Part shown: piece after piece, positions 49,081 to 63,699 of the stretch
How positions within the stretch are numbered: position 1 is the stretch's first letter
Layout of the letters: every line of letters begins with the position of its first letter
Assembly: GCF_009914755.1 (NCBI RefSeq)
Contig: NC_060935.1
DNA from: the human T2T-CHM13v2.0 reference genome, Homo sapiens
Length of the DNA stretch: 64,000 nt
Direction: 5' to 3' (one strand)
Made by a program: the position numbers and the translations under genes
Notes under the pieces: model-generated
Databases searched by the model: none
What the model was told of the DNA's origin: nothing
The model's input: the letters and a program-made list of their open reading frames with translations, nothing else

Positions 49081-51707
49081 AGGTGCCCTTTACCTCTTGG
49101 TTTAATGTAAATAGAAATAGAAATCTAATTTTCACATTTATTTTGTAACTCATTTTAGAAAGTTTGCTGGCATCTGCCATGCCCAAGAAGGATGTACTAG
49201 GTAATGGGGACACAAGGAAGGCTAGACACAGCCCTTAAGCCCATCCTTCAGCCCCTTGGAATCTTGTGTGTGGCTAGGGTTCAATTTCAGTTTTTTTCTG
49301 GGAAGCTAATAGTGAAGAGCCATTTTGTTTTATAAAGTTTGGGCATGTGAGAGAGGAAATCAGAGACAGCAAGGTGGAGAACCCAGTAAGCTTAGGGAGC
49401 AAGCTAGGTGTGGGGAGAGTCACACCTGGAGCCAAGCTCTCAGTTTGAAGGGTGTCTTCTTACCCTAGATGCTTAAATAAACTGTAAAACCTTAGTCAGA
49501 GGAGGTGTTAATAATATCACCTCCATATTATCCCTGTGCAAATATAATTTTGGGGTGGTTACATGAATCATGTTAATGGAACTCCCTTTGCAAAGGAAAT
49601 CTATTTTGATACCATTATAACTTATGGCAATGAACAATTTTCATATACCCGGGAGTTATCTGGATGTTTTAATGAGCCCTCCACAAAATGGGATTTTAAA
49701 AAATTGTCTCTTTATTAGAATTTGATATTGACTCACCAAACAATAATGAATTTCTCTCAATCTAGCCAGGAAAAAAAAAAAAGAGAGAGCTGGGGATTAT
49801 TTTTTCAAATGAGACTGATGAAACTCAGACATTCAATTAAACACATTCCCTGCACTCTGCCTCTGCCTCCTGCCATTCTGCCTCTGCCTTCCACCTTCCC
49901 CAGAGCCTATCAGGGCCATCCTTGGCAATACTCCACATTCCTTAGGAGATAACTACTCGCATATACTTTGTACAGGAGAAAATGCCTAAAAAGTGACTTA
50001 GGAGTCTTTATTGGGGTCTGTTTTGGTATGCAATTGAACTTTGCATGAATCACTCCCTGGCCCCAATCAAATGTTTTTCTCGTGCAGTGAGGTGCTTTAG
50101 GCTGGTCCAGTTCCCCTGGGGTGGAAGAACGCTCTGGCTGGTACTGGATAAATCTGATAAACAGCTTCACCATTGCTCACATTAGTCCTTTAGAAAGATC
50201 TATAATGGTTTTTGTGCAAAGCTAATGTGAAAGTTGAGTGTACCGGGGCTCTCTTTGGGTAACCTCCAATTATTGTGTCATTATTAATGTAAGCTCTTCT
50301 GTTTCCTCTCATTTGGGAACTCAACTACAGAGACTCCCTCTCAGCTTTTATGTCCTTTTCATTTGTTTACCACTGGTTGGTGAATATTTTCAGGTGGGGG
50401 CTGATCTACTGGGTGCTAAGGAGTGTGGCCAGTCCTATGTCTTTTAATTGAAGTGTGTGTCACACTATTTTTCAGAACAAGAAAAATTGTAATGGGGACA
50501 GAAGAACATTGATTATAAGTGAAGTGCTACTAGAAGAATTAAAAGGCTCAGAAGGTGAATTTCATTAATGCTGTGTTATCTTGAGAGCTTGGCCCCTTGC
50601 TAAAAACCTTCTGGCAAATCTCATTTTCTTTCTTCGGTGGTAAAGGTCTGTGGAGGTCTTAGAGAGTCTCATGAGGCCATGGAGAAGCTGGATCCTGAGG
50701 GGAGACCAGGAGTCTCATACAGTTCCTCTTCAGACTGCTGATAGGAATTTGAAACAAGACTTCTATTAACACAGAGATGACCTCCCTTCTACCAGGACCC
50801 TGTACTTCAGGTGCAAATTTGGAACTGTGATGAGATGAAATGGGAAAATGAAGCAATTAATTGAGTTGGGTGATGAGAACCTGCTGTGGAGAGAGAAAAC
50901 ATAGCGTTTAGCCCCGAATTTTCCAGCTTTATCTTTTAAAATACACAACTAAATTCCAACCCTTCAAATAGGCTTCAGATGAAAACTTTTATTTGGCATA
51001 GTCTGAACTGTCAAAATGTTTTATTACACAGGAAAACATGTGTACTGCTAAGGTTTCCAAAACAGACACACTCGCCAGTCGCAGCCATCACAGATCAGGT
51101 GTGCAGTGGGTTGGAAAGGCTCCCACCTGTACTGTCTATTGAGGGTAGATCCACCCGTTGGTGGAGACGTGTGAAATGTCTTCCAAAACACCCTGCTTGG
51201 TGTTTGGCCCAGTCAATGGGAAAAGAGATGAGACTCTAGGAAAAAGGTTTTTAAGAAGAGTTTCTGCTTCTCAGCAACACTTTATGTGACGGTGCAGACA
51301 TGTCTTGTCAGCTCCAGTGTCTCTGCCCGAGTCCCCTAGGATGGCACTTTGCATGCATGCAGTATAACATTTAGCAAGTAAGTGTACAAGGCCTGTCACT
51401 GAGGCTTCAAAGCAACTTTCCTGATGAAATTTATGTTTCCAGCCATTAGTATAATAACCATAATCAATCTTATTGCCAAGCACACAGAATCCCTGTACAG
51501 GCAATTCTCAGTGATGTGATGTAACTGATATGCCAATCAGATAAATATTGTGTAAAATTGCACTAAACTACAGTGACAAATGGCATGTTATACACACATT
51601 AAAATCATGTTTTTCCTTAAATCCATCTCAATATTCAAGGGCATCAGATTAAAGTCCATCATCAAATCAGTGAGTGACAGAGTTGGAGGTTATCAGGTCT
51701 TTCAGGG

Positions 51708-52215
51708 TATTTAGTAAATACTAAATTTGTTTTGTGATAAATATCACAAAACAAACCATAGCAAAACTTAGTAGCTTAAACAATAATGATGTTTCATTTT
51801 TCATGATTCTGCAACTGAGGCTGGGTTCAGCTGGGTGGTCCTTTGGTTCAGTGAGTGGCTACTGCGGCTGGGCCATTCAACATAGCCTCCTCACCCCATG
51901 GCTTCTGCCTCAGCAGGGATGGCTGCCATGGCTGGGGCCTGGCCAGGGCTTCCTCTTTTTCTCTTCCTCTCTCCATGTGGCCTCTCCAGTGGGTTGCTGG
52001 ATCTCTTCTCACAATTGTTTGGGATCCATGTAAGAGCATTCCAAGAGAACAAGCTCCAGTAGACAAGTGCTAATCCAACCTCTGAGTCGTGCTTACTAAT
52101 GTCACATTGACCAGAGCAAGCTACAGAGCCAATGTGGGAAGGGACTACACAAAGAGGGTGTGATTATAGGGAGGGTGTGGCTCATTGGTGGCCACCAGAA
52201 TAACAGTCTAACATA
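51708..52215 (-). mobile_element. MLT1H-like LTR
   Basis: ACAAACCA..AAAACTTAGTAGCTTAAACAA..GGCTGGGTTCAGCTGGG..CATTGACCAGAGCAAG..GTGGGAAGGGACTACACAA. Confidence 0.7.
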
Positions 52216-52340
52216 CTAAGAGTGTTCCCGACGGAACCCAGAAAGTACACACACACTCTCTCTCTTATAGCTTTGGATTGGAGTATATTACTCCTGCCAC
52301 CAGGAAGAGCTATCCTCTGTGGCTCTAAAATTCATCATAG

Positions 52341-52440
52341 CCTCTTCCTCCTCCTCTTTCTCCTTCCATCCTTCCTCCTTCCATCCTCTTCCTCCTCCCA
52401 TCCCCTCCCTCCCTCCCTCTCTCCCTTCCTTCCTCTCTTA
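52341..52440. repeat. CT-rich polypyrimidine tract
   Basis: About 100 nt almost entirely C/T. Confidence 0.85.
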
Positions 52441-53050
52441 TTAATTTACATAAGGTCCACCTGTTTAAAGTGTACAATTCAATGATTTTTAGTTTGCAAA
52501 GGTGTATAACCATAATCATTATCATAATCCAATTTTAGAATAATTTTATCGTTCCCCAAAGAAAACTTGTACCTATTAGCACTTGTTCCCCATCTACCTT
52601 CACATTCCCTGTTTCCAGCCATAGACAAACCATAAATCTACTTTCTTTATACATTTGCCTATTCTGGATATCTCACATAAGTGAAATTATACAATATGTG
52701 GTCTTTTGTGACTGGCTTCTTATACTTAGCATAAATGTTTTCAAAGTTTATTCATGTTATAACATACATCAGTATTTCATTTTATTTATGAATAATATTC
52801 CACTGTTTGGATAGATATACCACATTTTGATTATTCACTAATCAGATGATAGATATTGGGTTGTTTCCATTTTTGTCTAAGTAATGCTACTGTGAACATT
52901 CAGGTACAAGGTTTTGTGTGAACATACATTTTCATTTCTTTTGGGTAGATATCTGGGAATGGGATTGATGGGTCAAAGCTCTATGTTTAATACTTTGTGG
53001 ACTGCCAAACAGTTTTGGAAAGTGGCTGCATCACTGTACGTTCCAATGTC
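52440..53050 (-). mobile_element. L1MB 3' end
   Basis: TTTAAAGTGTACAATTCAATGATTTTTAGT...TTGCCTATTCTGGATAT...GTGGTCTTTTGTGACTGGCTTCTT. Confidence 0.85.
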
Positions 53051-54389
53051 TATTTTCATACTAGTAGAGGGCAGGTACTCTGCTGTTTAAGATGGCTTCG
53101 TAAGGATTTAGAGGAAAGACAAGATACTGTCTCAAAACTACTTTTGGCCTCAGAACTTTGATTCAATGGTTGATTCCCAGTGCTGAAACAAATAATGGAA
53201 TTAACAGAAATGTCTGAGTATTTTGGTGTCCTAGATTTTAGCTTCTAAGACATCAAAGGCAGAAGTGGTGTGGCTGTAGCTTCTAGGTTCTCGGCTTCCT
53301 AGGTGATATGCCTTTGCATCACGGTCAGATCCGTCTATCTTGGCAATTCTGCCTGCATCACCCGAGTGCCGCCTCCTCAAGGATGAGGGCATGAGGCCAT
53401 TAACACTGCCATGGGGAAATCTGAGGTAGACTTGAACCACTTTGTCAGAGTTTAGTAAATCTCTGCCTAATCAAGTTCACTTTCCAGATATTTCTTGTTT
53501 TGCTGACTCCCAGCATTGTATCCTGGCCAGCCAATAATCTTATGGCCCAAATTCCTGAGATAAACCTGAGGGATATCCAATTCAAAGCCCCGAGAGTTCC
53601 TAGCATAGAAGAATTCCCAGCTACTATGTCCTGCTTACAGCCTAGTGGAAGTGTTTCTGTTGTAAGAATCAGAGGCCCTGAGAGGCCAGGGAATTCAGGT
53701 GTGTAGACTGAGGAGATGTTATCTTTCTCCTTGACTTGGCTAGAGAGCCAGGGAGTCATTTTTCCTTACCTCTCCTCAGCCCATCTTTGGAGAGTTAATC
53801 TCCTGAAGTAGTAGCTCAGGTTTCTTTTAGATACTCTTGGATTACCTTCTACTTGATGGGTGTGGGGTGGCTGGATCTAGCAGGCAGAATCTGGCCACCC
53901 ACTTGGCATTACTCATTCCAACCTGCAGGATCCCTTGTTCACATGAAAACCAAGTCCTCTCTGAATCACCACCTGACATAAACAGGCTCCAGCTAGAGCC
54001 TTGTATGTTGAAAAATATCTTCATAAAAATATTGCTAAATTCATTTTAGTGGATTCCTGAAATGCCCCAAAAGGACGGGCCCTTCTCTGGACTCCTATCC
54101 TCTCTGTGTTGAAGTTGTCCACACACTCCCCATCTACCACAGGAAACTCTCTGAGCAGCTGAGGGCAAGGCTGGCTTTCTTGACAGTTGTTTTGCCACTG
54201 CTCTGTTGCTGTATGTCACAGAGGAGGCTCACAGTAAGCATCTGAAGAGGGAATGAATGAATGGATGAGGAAGTGAGATAAAGGACAAAACGTGTCCTTC
54301 TGTATCTGATGGGTTCCCATTAGATGAGGAGCCAATCTAATCTATCTATGTAGCTCCCAATTGAAGACCATGACCCAGGAAATGGATGT

Positions 54390-54575
54390 TGTGGGCAGAG
54401 TTGCTCTCAGTATAAGGAAAACCTTTCTCAGTTTTAGAACTGCTGCCTTAGGGAGTAGGGGAGCTCATTTTTTTTTGTGCTCAAACAAAAGCTGGACCTC
54501 TGTCTGGAGGAATGAATCAGATTACTGGTGAAGAGCTGGATGACTTTTGGATCTCTTCCAATTCTGAGGTGATCC
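54390..54575 (+). mobile_element. L3/CR1 3' fragment
   Basis: GGCAGAGTT..TATAAGGAAAACCTTTCT..CTGGATGAC..CTTCCAATTCTGAG. Confidence 0.45.
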
Positions 54576-54670
54576 AGCTGTCATTGGGGTAGCTGTTTTT
54601 CCAAACCAACCGTGAAATAGATGCAACTCTCCTCACACATTTCCATCACCAGGTATTTGGGAAATAATTA

Positions 54671-54973
<303 letters not shown>

Positions 54974-55559
54974 TAGATTGGACTTAAGACCTTGTAGTGA
55001 AAACTGGGGAAGGCAGCAGCTGCTCTGTCCCCCATGTCTCCCTGGGATGTATCTCCCAGTCTCCCTCATTGGATACCAGCCTCTGGCCTCTTCTTTGTTT
55101 CTCCAGCTCTGTGTCTCCCCATGTTCTCATGCCGGGATCTCACCCCTTTGCTCAAGATGTCTCTACTATTCTTCCCTGAGTACAGCCATTGGACTTCTGG
55201 GATCCTCTCATCTTGTACTCTCATGCCCATCATCTCTGCTTCCACCCACACCATTAGCCAATGAGGAAGCCTATGCCACCAGGAGCCATCCCTGTGGAAA
55301 GTGGTTTATGTGTTTAAGGACATGGAGTTTCCTTTAGAATCTTTGTTGACAAACATTTTCAAATTCAAAGGAGATAGGCGAGAGAAAGCAAGAAAACAAG
55401 TGAGCACATTTATCTTTCTCATTTAGAAGAGCCTAGAACCTCCTTTCCTTCCAGCCCCACAACCTCCACTCCACCCAGAAGAGGAAACAGGCACCATTTG
55501 ATGTTGGTGAGGTCATGGAGGGTGGCGAACGGTGAAGCTTAGTATTCCCCAAGAAATAG

Positions 55560-55865
55560 GGTCACCATCCTCAGGAAAGCCTTCCCTAGCCCCTAAGATT
55601 AAGGGAGCAGCCCCCTCCTTCCATGGCTCCATATGCCTTGCCTTATTATACCACAGCTGTGGCTTTATATTTATTTGTGAATTTATTTGATTATTTTCAG
55701 GATTTTCCATAATGTTTTAAGCTCCATCTCTGTGTCTCTCCCCATGTTGTCATACTGGGGGCTGTGTCTGTTTGGAGTCGTTACTGAATCCACATAGGGC
55801 CTAGCAGAAGTTCTGGGCTAGGAGTAAGTGCTCAATTAATATTCGTTAAATGAATGACTGAATAT
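55560..55865 (+). mobile_element. L2 3' end
   Basis: TCCTCAGGAAAGCCTTCCCT..TAAGCTCCAT..TGTGTCTGTTT..GTAAGTGCTCAATTAATATTCGTTAAATGAATGA. Confidence 0.75.
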
Positions 55866-56926
55866 GTGGAAATAAAAATATAATTTCTAAAAATATGGAC
55901 AGGCAGTCTTTGGCATGAAGTTAATCCTCACGGTTGTGTTTGCTCAGGTACTTGAAGGGAAACCAGATGAAGCCAGATGAGAGCACCCACCACCCCAGCC
56001 TCACTGCCTTTCACTTCCAGGAACTAGAACTCACCCTCCCATTTCTCAGTCAAGCCTGCAGATGCTGAGACCAGAGCTCAACCCTCACCTTTAGGGGGCC
56101 TGCCAAACAGAAAGAGAAAGTCTTTGGTATGCCTGTGGGGCCAAAGGACAGAGACGTCTTCATTTTATAGGGAAGGTGCTTAGACAGTTGGAAAGGGGGA
56201 AATGGTTAGGAAAAGTGGTGTAAAGTAAGGGCTTAAAGGGAGAAGACTGGGGAGGAAAGAGAAGCAGGAGGCATAGGGAATGAGGAGTTTCCATGAGGGT
56301 TTTCTTCCAGAAGCCCAGGTGGGAAAATTTGCTCTTTGTTTAGTGCAAGGGTTCAAGGTGGCCAGACCAGAGACCAGCACTGATGAGCATGAGTTCTCTG
56401 CTTGCTGAGTGACAGAAGAGAAGGGAAAGGGAGGAGAAAAGAAGATCAAAGTCAAGTGCAGAAGGAAAATTGCAGGTAGGCCAGGTTCACTCATCAGCTT
56501 ATTTGCATCTAATATGAGCACTGGGATGACAGAAAATGATGCCTACAATTTCAGGGCAATTACATCCAACTACCACATTCTCTCCTTCCCCTTCCCCCGT
56601 GCTGCCTCCAGCCCCAACTGCGCGGTTCTACTGTAGACCTTGAAGGATGGCAAGGAAGAAACAATGGTGCCAGTGGGTCCCTGGAGAGAGGGGACTGCAG
56701 GAGATCCATGGGGAGGGGCTGCAGTAACTGAGACTCTATGCCCATCTCCACCAGCTTGCCTGCCCACTGCCAAACTGCCTATTGCCATGTTTTTGTTTCT
56801 TGTTTATCTGACAGGATCACATACATACATATAGTTCCTTGTATACCCAATTCATTGGGTGGAGTACTTTGATTTGTAGCTTAACCCTGCCCTGTACTTA
56901 AAAGGTCTGGGTCCCAGAGCCCCGTG

Positions 56927-57045
56927 GCTGTCTCACATGGTTCCCTAGCAACCAAATGAGACAGCGAAATGTGCAGTTTCATCACCACAAGATGTTAGGT
57001 CAATTAATATTCATTAGCAGTGCCTGTGTTTGGCTGCTAGGAGAC
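56927..57045. promoter_or_regulatory. Candidate RFX X-box pair with a homeodomain-type site
   Basis: GTTCCCTAGCAAC (56940-56952), GCTGCTAGGAGAC (57033-57045), CAATTAAT; motif match only. Confidence 0.4.
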
Positions 57046-57379
57046 ATTGTGGGGAAAAAAAAATCTTTGTTGCTTGAGTGGGGGATGGAAGGAGTGAAGA
57101 GACCAATGAATATGTATATTATGTACTGAAGATGTGTTTTCTTAGACTAGTACACTGGCCTGTCTGCACATGTGCATGCAAGATTTTAAAAGATTAATCT
57201 TTGTATTTACAATTATCCTTCTAAGTTTATTATATGGAAATAGATTACAGAAACAATAGGAAAGTTGTACCCCAAAATATTTATCATGGCTCATTCAGGA
57301 CACCTAAAATTGTACAATTCATAGTGATTTTATTTATTCTATAATTTTTTTTCTTATTCCATTGTATGCTCCAGGTGGG

Positions 57380-57930
57380 AAACTTGGATGCTTGAATAAT
57401 ACATAAAAGAAGCATAGGAGGAAAAAAATTCAGAAATTTCCTGTGTACTCATCATGTAAAGATAACAGCTTTTAACGTGTTGTTGTATGCCCTTTTAGTG
57501 TTCTTTTCATTCCAGAGAACACACACACAGTCACATACGGTTTTACAAAAATATCATTTTATATGTACTGTCTTATAGACTACATTTTATAATGTGGCAT
57601 TGTCATTACGAACATTTTCTTGTGTCTAACATCATTTTTATTAGTCACATAATATTTCAGTGATTGTATTTCCTATGGTTCATTTAACCAAACTCCAATT
57701 TTTATTCACGCATTTAGGATGTTTACTTTTTTTGCTATTAATAATGTTGGAATGAGTATCCTTGTACATTCATCTTTCAGTCCTTGTCCAATTATTTCCT
57801 TAGAGCAAACTCCTAGAAGCAGAATTACCCACTTAAAGGTCTTTCACATGCTGCGTCGTGTTTTCTTTCAGAGAGAACAGAACAATTTCCATTTGTACCA
57901 ATAGCGAATGAAGGTACCCTATGATCTTCT
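57380..57930 (-). mobile_element. Ancient L1ME-like fragment
   Basis: CATTTAGGATGTTTAC..TTTGCTATTAATAATGTTG..TCCTAGAAGCAGAATTAC. Confidence 0.55.
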
Positions 57931-58820
57931 TTATAAATAAGACTGGAAAAGATCATGAAGTTCCCAATGTCCAATATCTGAGTTTTATCAGAGACTTCCC
58001 TTAATGAGGCTAAAACGAGAGCCCTGGCTCCCTTTGATGGGGAGGGCACATATTCTCAAAGAGGGGAATCTGGGCTGCAGAAGACTTATGATTTTGACTT
58101 GACCCAGCTAAGTATTTTCAGGAAATTTGTCCTCCATAGCCCCAAAGTGCAGCGTGAAACCAGCCAGCATCCAGGTGCTCCCTGCAGTGAGAGTGTACAC
58201 CACTGGCCTCCAGACTCTTGCCCATCCTGTGTTCCCGATGTTTCTGCCCACCCCCCTCCCCTGCCCACAGATCTAGTTTTAGTCTCATGGCTCTGGTTGC
58301 CCCAAGCCCCAGCTCCAGGAAGATGACAGAGGGATCAGGCAAGCCCTGAGGTGAGTGGTAAGCTTGTCTCTGGGAAAGAGAGAGGACAGGTCTCAGTTCC
58401 CTTGGGAGTCCTGAGGAGGAAGACAATGTAGTATCAGCAAAGGCCAGGGGCACCTGTGACCTGAGAAACAGGTGACTAGAAAACCAAACCAAACTGCTCC
58501 AGATTAGGGCAGTCCTTCCAGTTCTGTTCTAATTAAGAACAGTTTCCTTTGTACTCCTAGAAAACAGAACCCCCCCCACCCTCAAGCTAGGTGGGACAGG
58601 AGGTGGGGCAGAAGAGTGAAAACAGAAGGCCTATTTGGCCCCCTTTCCTGGATTCTGTTTAAAAATAGGTTCTGGTCATGGATGACCAAGGACCATGAGC
58701 TGAACTTCCCAATCAATGGAACCAACACAGACACTTGTGCCCACTGGGCCAGGCTGGGCAAAAGAGCCCACTCCAGAAAAAATTAGTGGGCCTTGATGGG
58801 AGAAATGGGACAGAATAGGG

Positions 58821-58990
58821 CAGTGGTTATTTATTGAGGTGTGTGTGGACCAGCAGCAGCTGCATCATCTGGGAGCTCATCAGAAATGCAACTGCATGGG
58901 CCCCACCCAAACTGCTGAATTGGAATCTCAAAGGATGAGGCCTGGAATGTGTGATTCACCACATTCTCTATGAAGCACTTGGGGACAGGA
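58821..58990. mobile_element. MER5A
   Basis: CAGTGGTT..GGACCAGCAGCAGC..CATCTGGGAGCTCATCAGAAATGCA..GGGCCCCACCC. Confidence 0.8.
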
Positions 58991-59156
58991 GTTCTTTGCA
59001 GAACATGGGGACAGGAGTTTTCAGTCTTGGCTTTTTCTGCCATCCCGTGAGATACCAAGCAAGCCTCTTTGTCTCTCTTGGCTTTATGTAAGGATAAGTA
59101 GACTTGATACTTTTTCCTTCAACTCTCTCCTTGTTAGTATAAACATCTAAATAAGG

Positions 59157-59271
59157 TATGCATGTGTGTGTACATGTATGCATGTGTGTATGTGTGTTTG
59201 TGTGTCTGTGTATGCATGCACATGTGTGTCTGTATATGTGCATATATGTGTGTGTACGTGTTGTGTGTGTG
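59157..59271. repeat. Degenerate (TG)n/(TA)/(CA) alternating purine-pyrimidine microsatellite
   Basis: About 115 nt of near-continuous RY alternation. Confidence 0.9.
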
Positions 59272-59699
59272 GTTAGTTTACTCTGGTTCTTCTTTTCCCT
59301 TCACCTTCCATTCCCATGAGATGATAAAGAAAGCTTATTGGAAACAAAAACTCAGAGTCAAAACCAACCAATGATGTTTACTGTGAAGTCATCTGAGAAA
59401 CAGGATGTTGAGGTTCTCTAAGGAGCTGCTTCGCAGCTCCTAGCAGAATAGTGGGTTCTCCTGTAGAAGCAGGACACAGGTCCTTACAGACAGAAGCACA
59501 AATAAAATACCAGTTGGATTAGAGGTGATTTAAATTTATGGCTTTCCATCAACTTTATCACTTTAGAAAATGCTCATTCCAATTGAACTATGTTTTCTTT
59601 TCTCTTAAAATTAACTGGTTGAGCTTAAGTTTCAATGAAACATTGCTATCCAAGTTTTAAGGGCTATTAAGGGTTCATCACATTAGTGAGGTCCATTTG

Positions 59700-59895
59700 T
59701 TTTAGGGTATACTCTGGAGCCAATGTGTCTGGGTTTGAGTATAGGCTCTAACAGTTATAAGTGAGTAACCTTGGGCAAGTCACTTAACCTCTCTGTGCCT
59801 CAGTTTTTTTCACCTACAAAATGGAAATAATAGTGACTAGCACAAAGTATTGTGAGGATTACGTGGATTAATATATGTGAAGTACTTTATAATAA
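59700..59895 (+). mobile_element. MIR
   Basis: CTCTGGAGCCA..CCTTGGGCAAGTCACTTAACCTCTCTGTGCCTCAGTTT..TGTGAGGATT. Confidence 0.88.
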
Positions 59896-60159
59896 ACAAA
59901 AAAGCAAAGTACTGGTATGAAAACAGACACATAGACCAATGAAACAGAATAGAGAACTCAAATAAAGCTGTACACCTAGAAACATCTGATCTTTGACAAA
60001 GTCAACAAAAATAAGCAATGGAAAAAAGACTCCCTATTTAATAAATGGTGTTGGGACAACTAGCTAGCCCTATGCAGAAGAATGAAACTGGACACCTTCC
60101 TTTCTTTATATACAAAAGTTCACTCAAGATGAATTAAAGATTTAAATTTAAGACCTCAG

Positions 60160-60607
<448 letters not shown>

Positions 60608-61482
60608 TTAAATGTCAGACCTCAAAGTATAAAAATCCTAGGGAATATCATTTTGGACATTAGCCTTGGCAAAGAATTTATGACTAAGTCTTCAAAAGCA
60701 ATTGAAAAGTGGAACCTAAGTTAGCTAAAGAGCATCTGCACAGCAAAAGAAACTATCAGCAAACAGGCAACCCACAGAATGGGAGAAAATATTTGCAAAC
60801 TATGCATCAACAAAGGTCTAACATTAAGAATCTACAAGGAACTCAACATGCCAAAAAAAAAAAAAAAAACCCATTAAAAAGTGAGCAAAGAATATGGATA
60901 GACACCTCTCAAAAGAAGACATGCAAGCAGCCAACAAACATGAAAAAAAAATGCTCAGCATCACTAATCATCAGAGAAATGCAAATCAAAACCACAATGA
61001 GATACCATCTCACACTAGTCAGAATGCTATTATTAAAAAGACAAAAAACAACAGATGCTGGTGAGGCTGTGGATAAAAGGGAATGCTTATACACTGCTGG
61101 TGGGAATATAAATTAGTTCAGATCCTGTGGAAAGTGATTTGGTGATTCCTCAAAGAACTTAAAAGAGAACTACCATTCGGCCCAGAAATGTTATTAGTGG
61201 GTATATACCCAAAGCAAAATAAATCATTCTAACAAAAAACACCTACACGAGCATGTTCATTGCAGCACTGTTCACAATAGCAAAGACATGGAATCAACCC
61301 ATCAATGGTGGACTGGATAAAGAAAATGCAGTATATATACATGGAATACTATGCAGCCATAACAAAGAATGTAATCATATCCTTTGCAGCAACATGAATG
61401 GAGCTGGTGGCAAAATCCAAAGTGAATTAATGCAGGAACAGAAAAATAAATACCAGATGTTCTCACTTACAAGCAGGAGCTA

Positions 61483-62556
<1,074 letters not shown>

Positions 62557-62721
62557 AGAGGGAAAAGTAAGAGGGCTCCAGGGGCTGAAAAACTACCTAT
62601 TGAGTACTATGCATACTACCTGGGTGATGGGACTCACTTGTCCCCCAAATCCCAGCATCATGCAATAAACCCATGTAACAAACCTGCACATGTGTTCCTG
62701 AATCTAAAATAAAAGTTGACT

Positions 62722-62798
62722 CTATATATTACATATAATATAAAATATATATAATATGAAAATACATAATATATGTAATATATATATATATATATATG
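62722..62798. repeat. AT-rich/(TA)n tract at the L1 tail
   Basis: TA-rich run directly after the L1 poly(A) signal. Confidence 0.85.
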
Positions 62799-63084
62799 CA
62801 CTAAGCACTAAGAATGAAGCTTGTCATACTTTGGCTCTGATCACTATTCAGGTCAATTTGACTCAAGTCTCTTCTGTTCAAATTCAGAGTCACGTGGCTT
62901 CTCTGAAGCTCAGCCTTGCTGGGGACAGGGCTGGTACCAACTTTCTCTGTCATTTCTACAACAGGATCCAGCTGCATTTGGTGCTAACTGCCTCTCATTT
63001 GTTTATGAGGTAACTGCTTTCTCTCTTTTCATTTCACTCTCCCTTCCCTCCAATTTCCATTTCTTTTGTGAAATGGTTAAAGTG

Positions 63085-63300
63085 CTTGACATAATTAGCT
63101 GTTAATTGTTAGCAGCTGTACCCATTATCAGTTTAATGCCTAATTAATTGCAACAATTAATGCTGCCCGTCCTGTCTTAGGAACTGTTGAGGGAAGGCTG
63201 GTGTTGTTGAAGTTATATCTTAATTAATTTACCTCCAATTTTTAGCATTTAACTAAAAATCCCAAATTGGAAGCTGTTTTCCTCATATGAGTAATTGATG
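63085..63300. promoter_or_regulatory. Candidate developmental enhancer (dense TAAT/TAATTA cluster)
   Basis: TAATTA, TTAATTG, CTAATTAATTG, AACAATTAATG, TTAATTAATTT and GTAATTG in non-repeat sequence; motif evidence only. Confidence 0.4.
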
Positions 63301-63699
63301 AGCAGAAGGTCTCAGTTCCACCCTTTGCAAGTTGAGTGTCTCTCAAAGTCAGTATCTGCAGTCAGGAAGTGGAGTTTCCAGCAGCCACCTTACTAGATGG
63401 TGGGGCCCTGTGCACAAATGTACTCTTCTCTGTAAATTTTTCTGTGCTGTATTGTTTTGAGAAAATGACAAGCCAAGAACCTCAAGAGCCAACAGCTTCT
63501 TCCACCAGACTTTGTTCAAAACTGCACTGGAGTACATATCCCATTGTAGATGACTTGTGTGGGAATCTGACCTGGGTTGAGCATCTTCATGGCAAGCCTG
63601 CCTGGGTCATGACTGCACCTCCAGCATTAGTAGGATGTTCAGTCCACTATTGAAGGGAAAACTGAGTGGATGAGTCCTAGTCTCAGCGTATCTAGCTTC

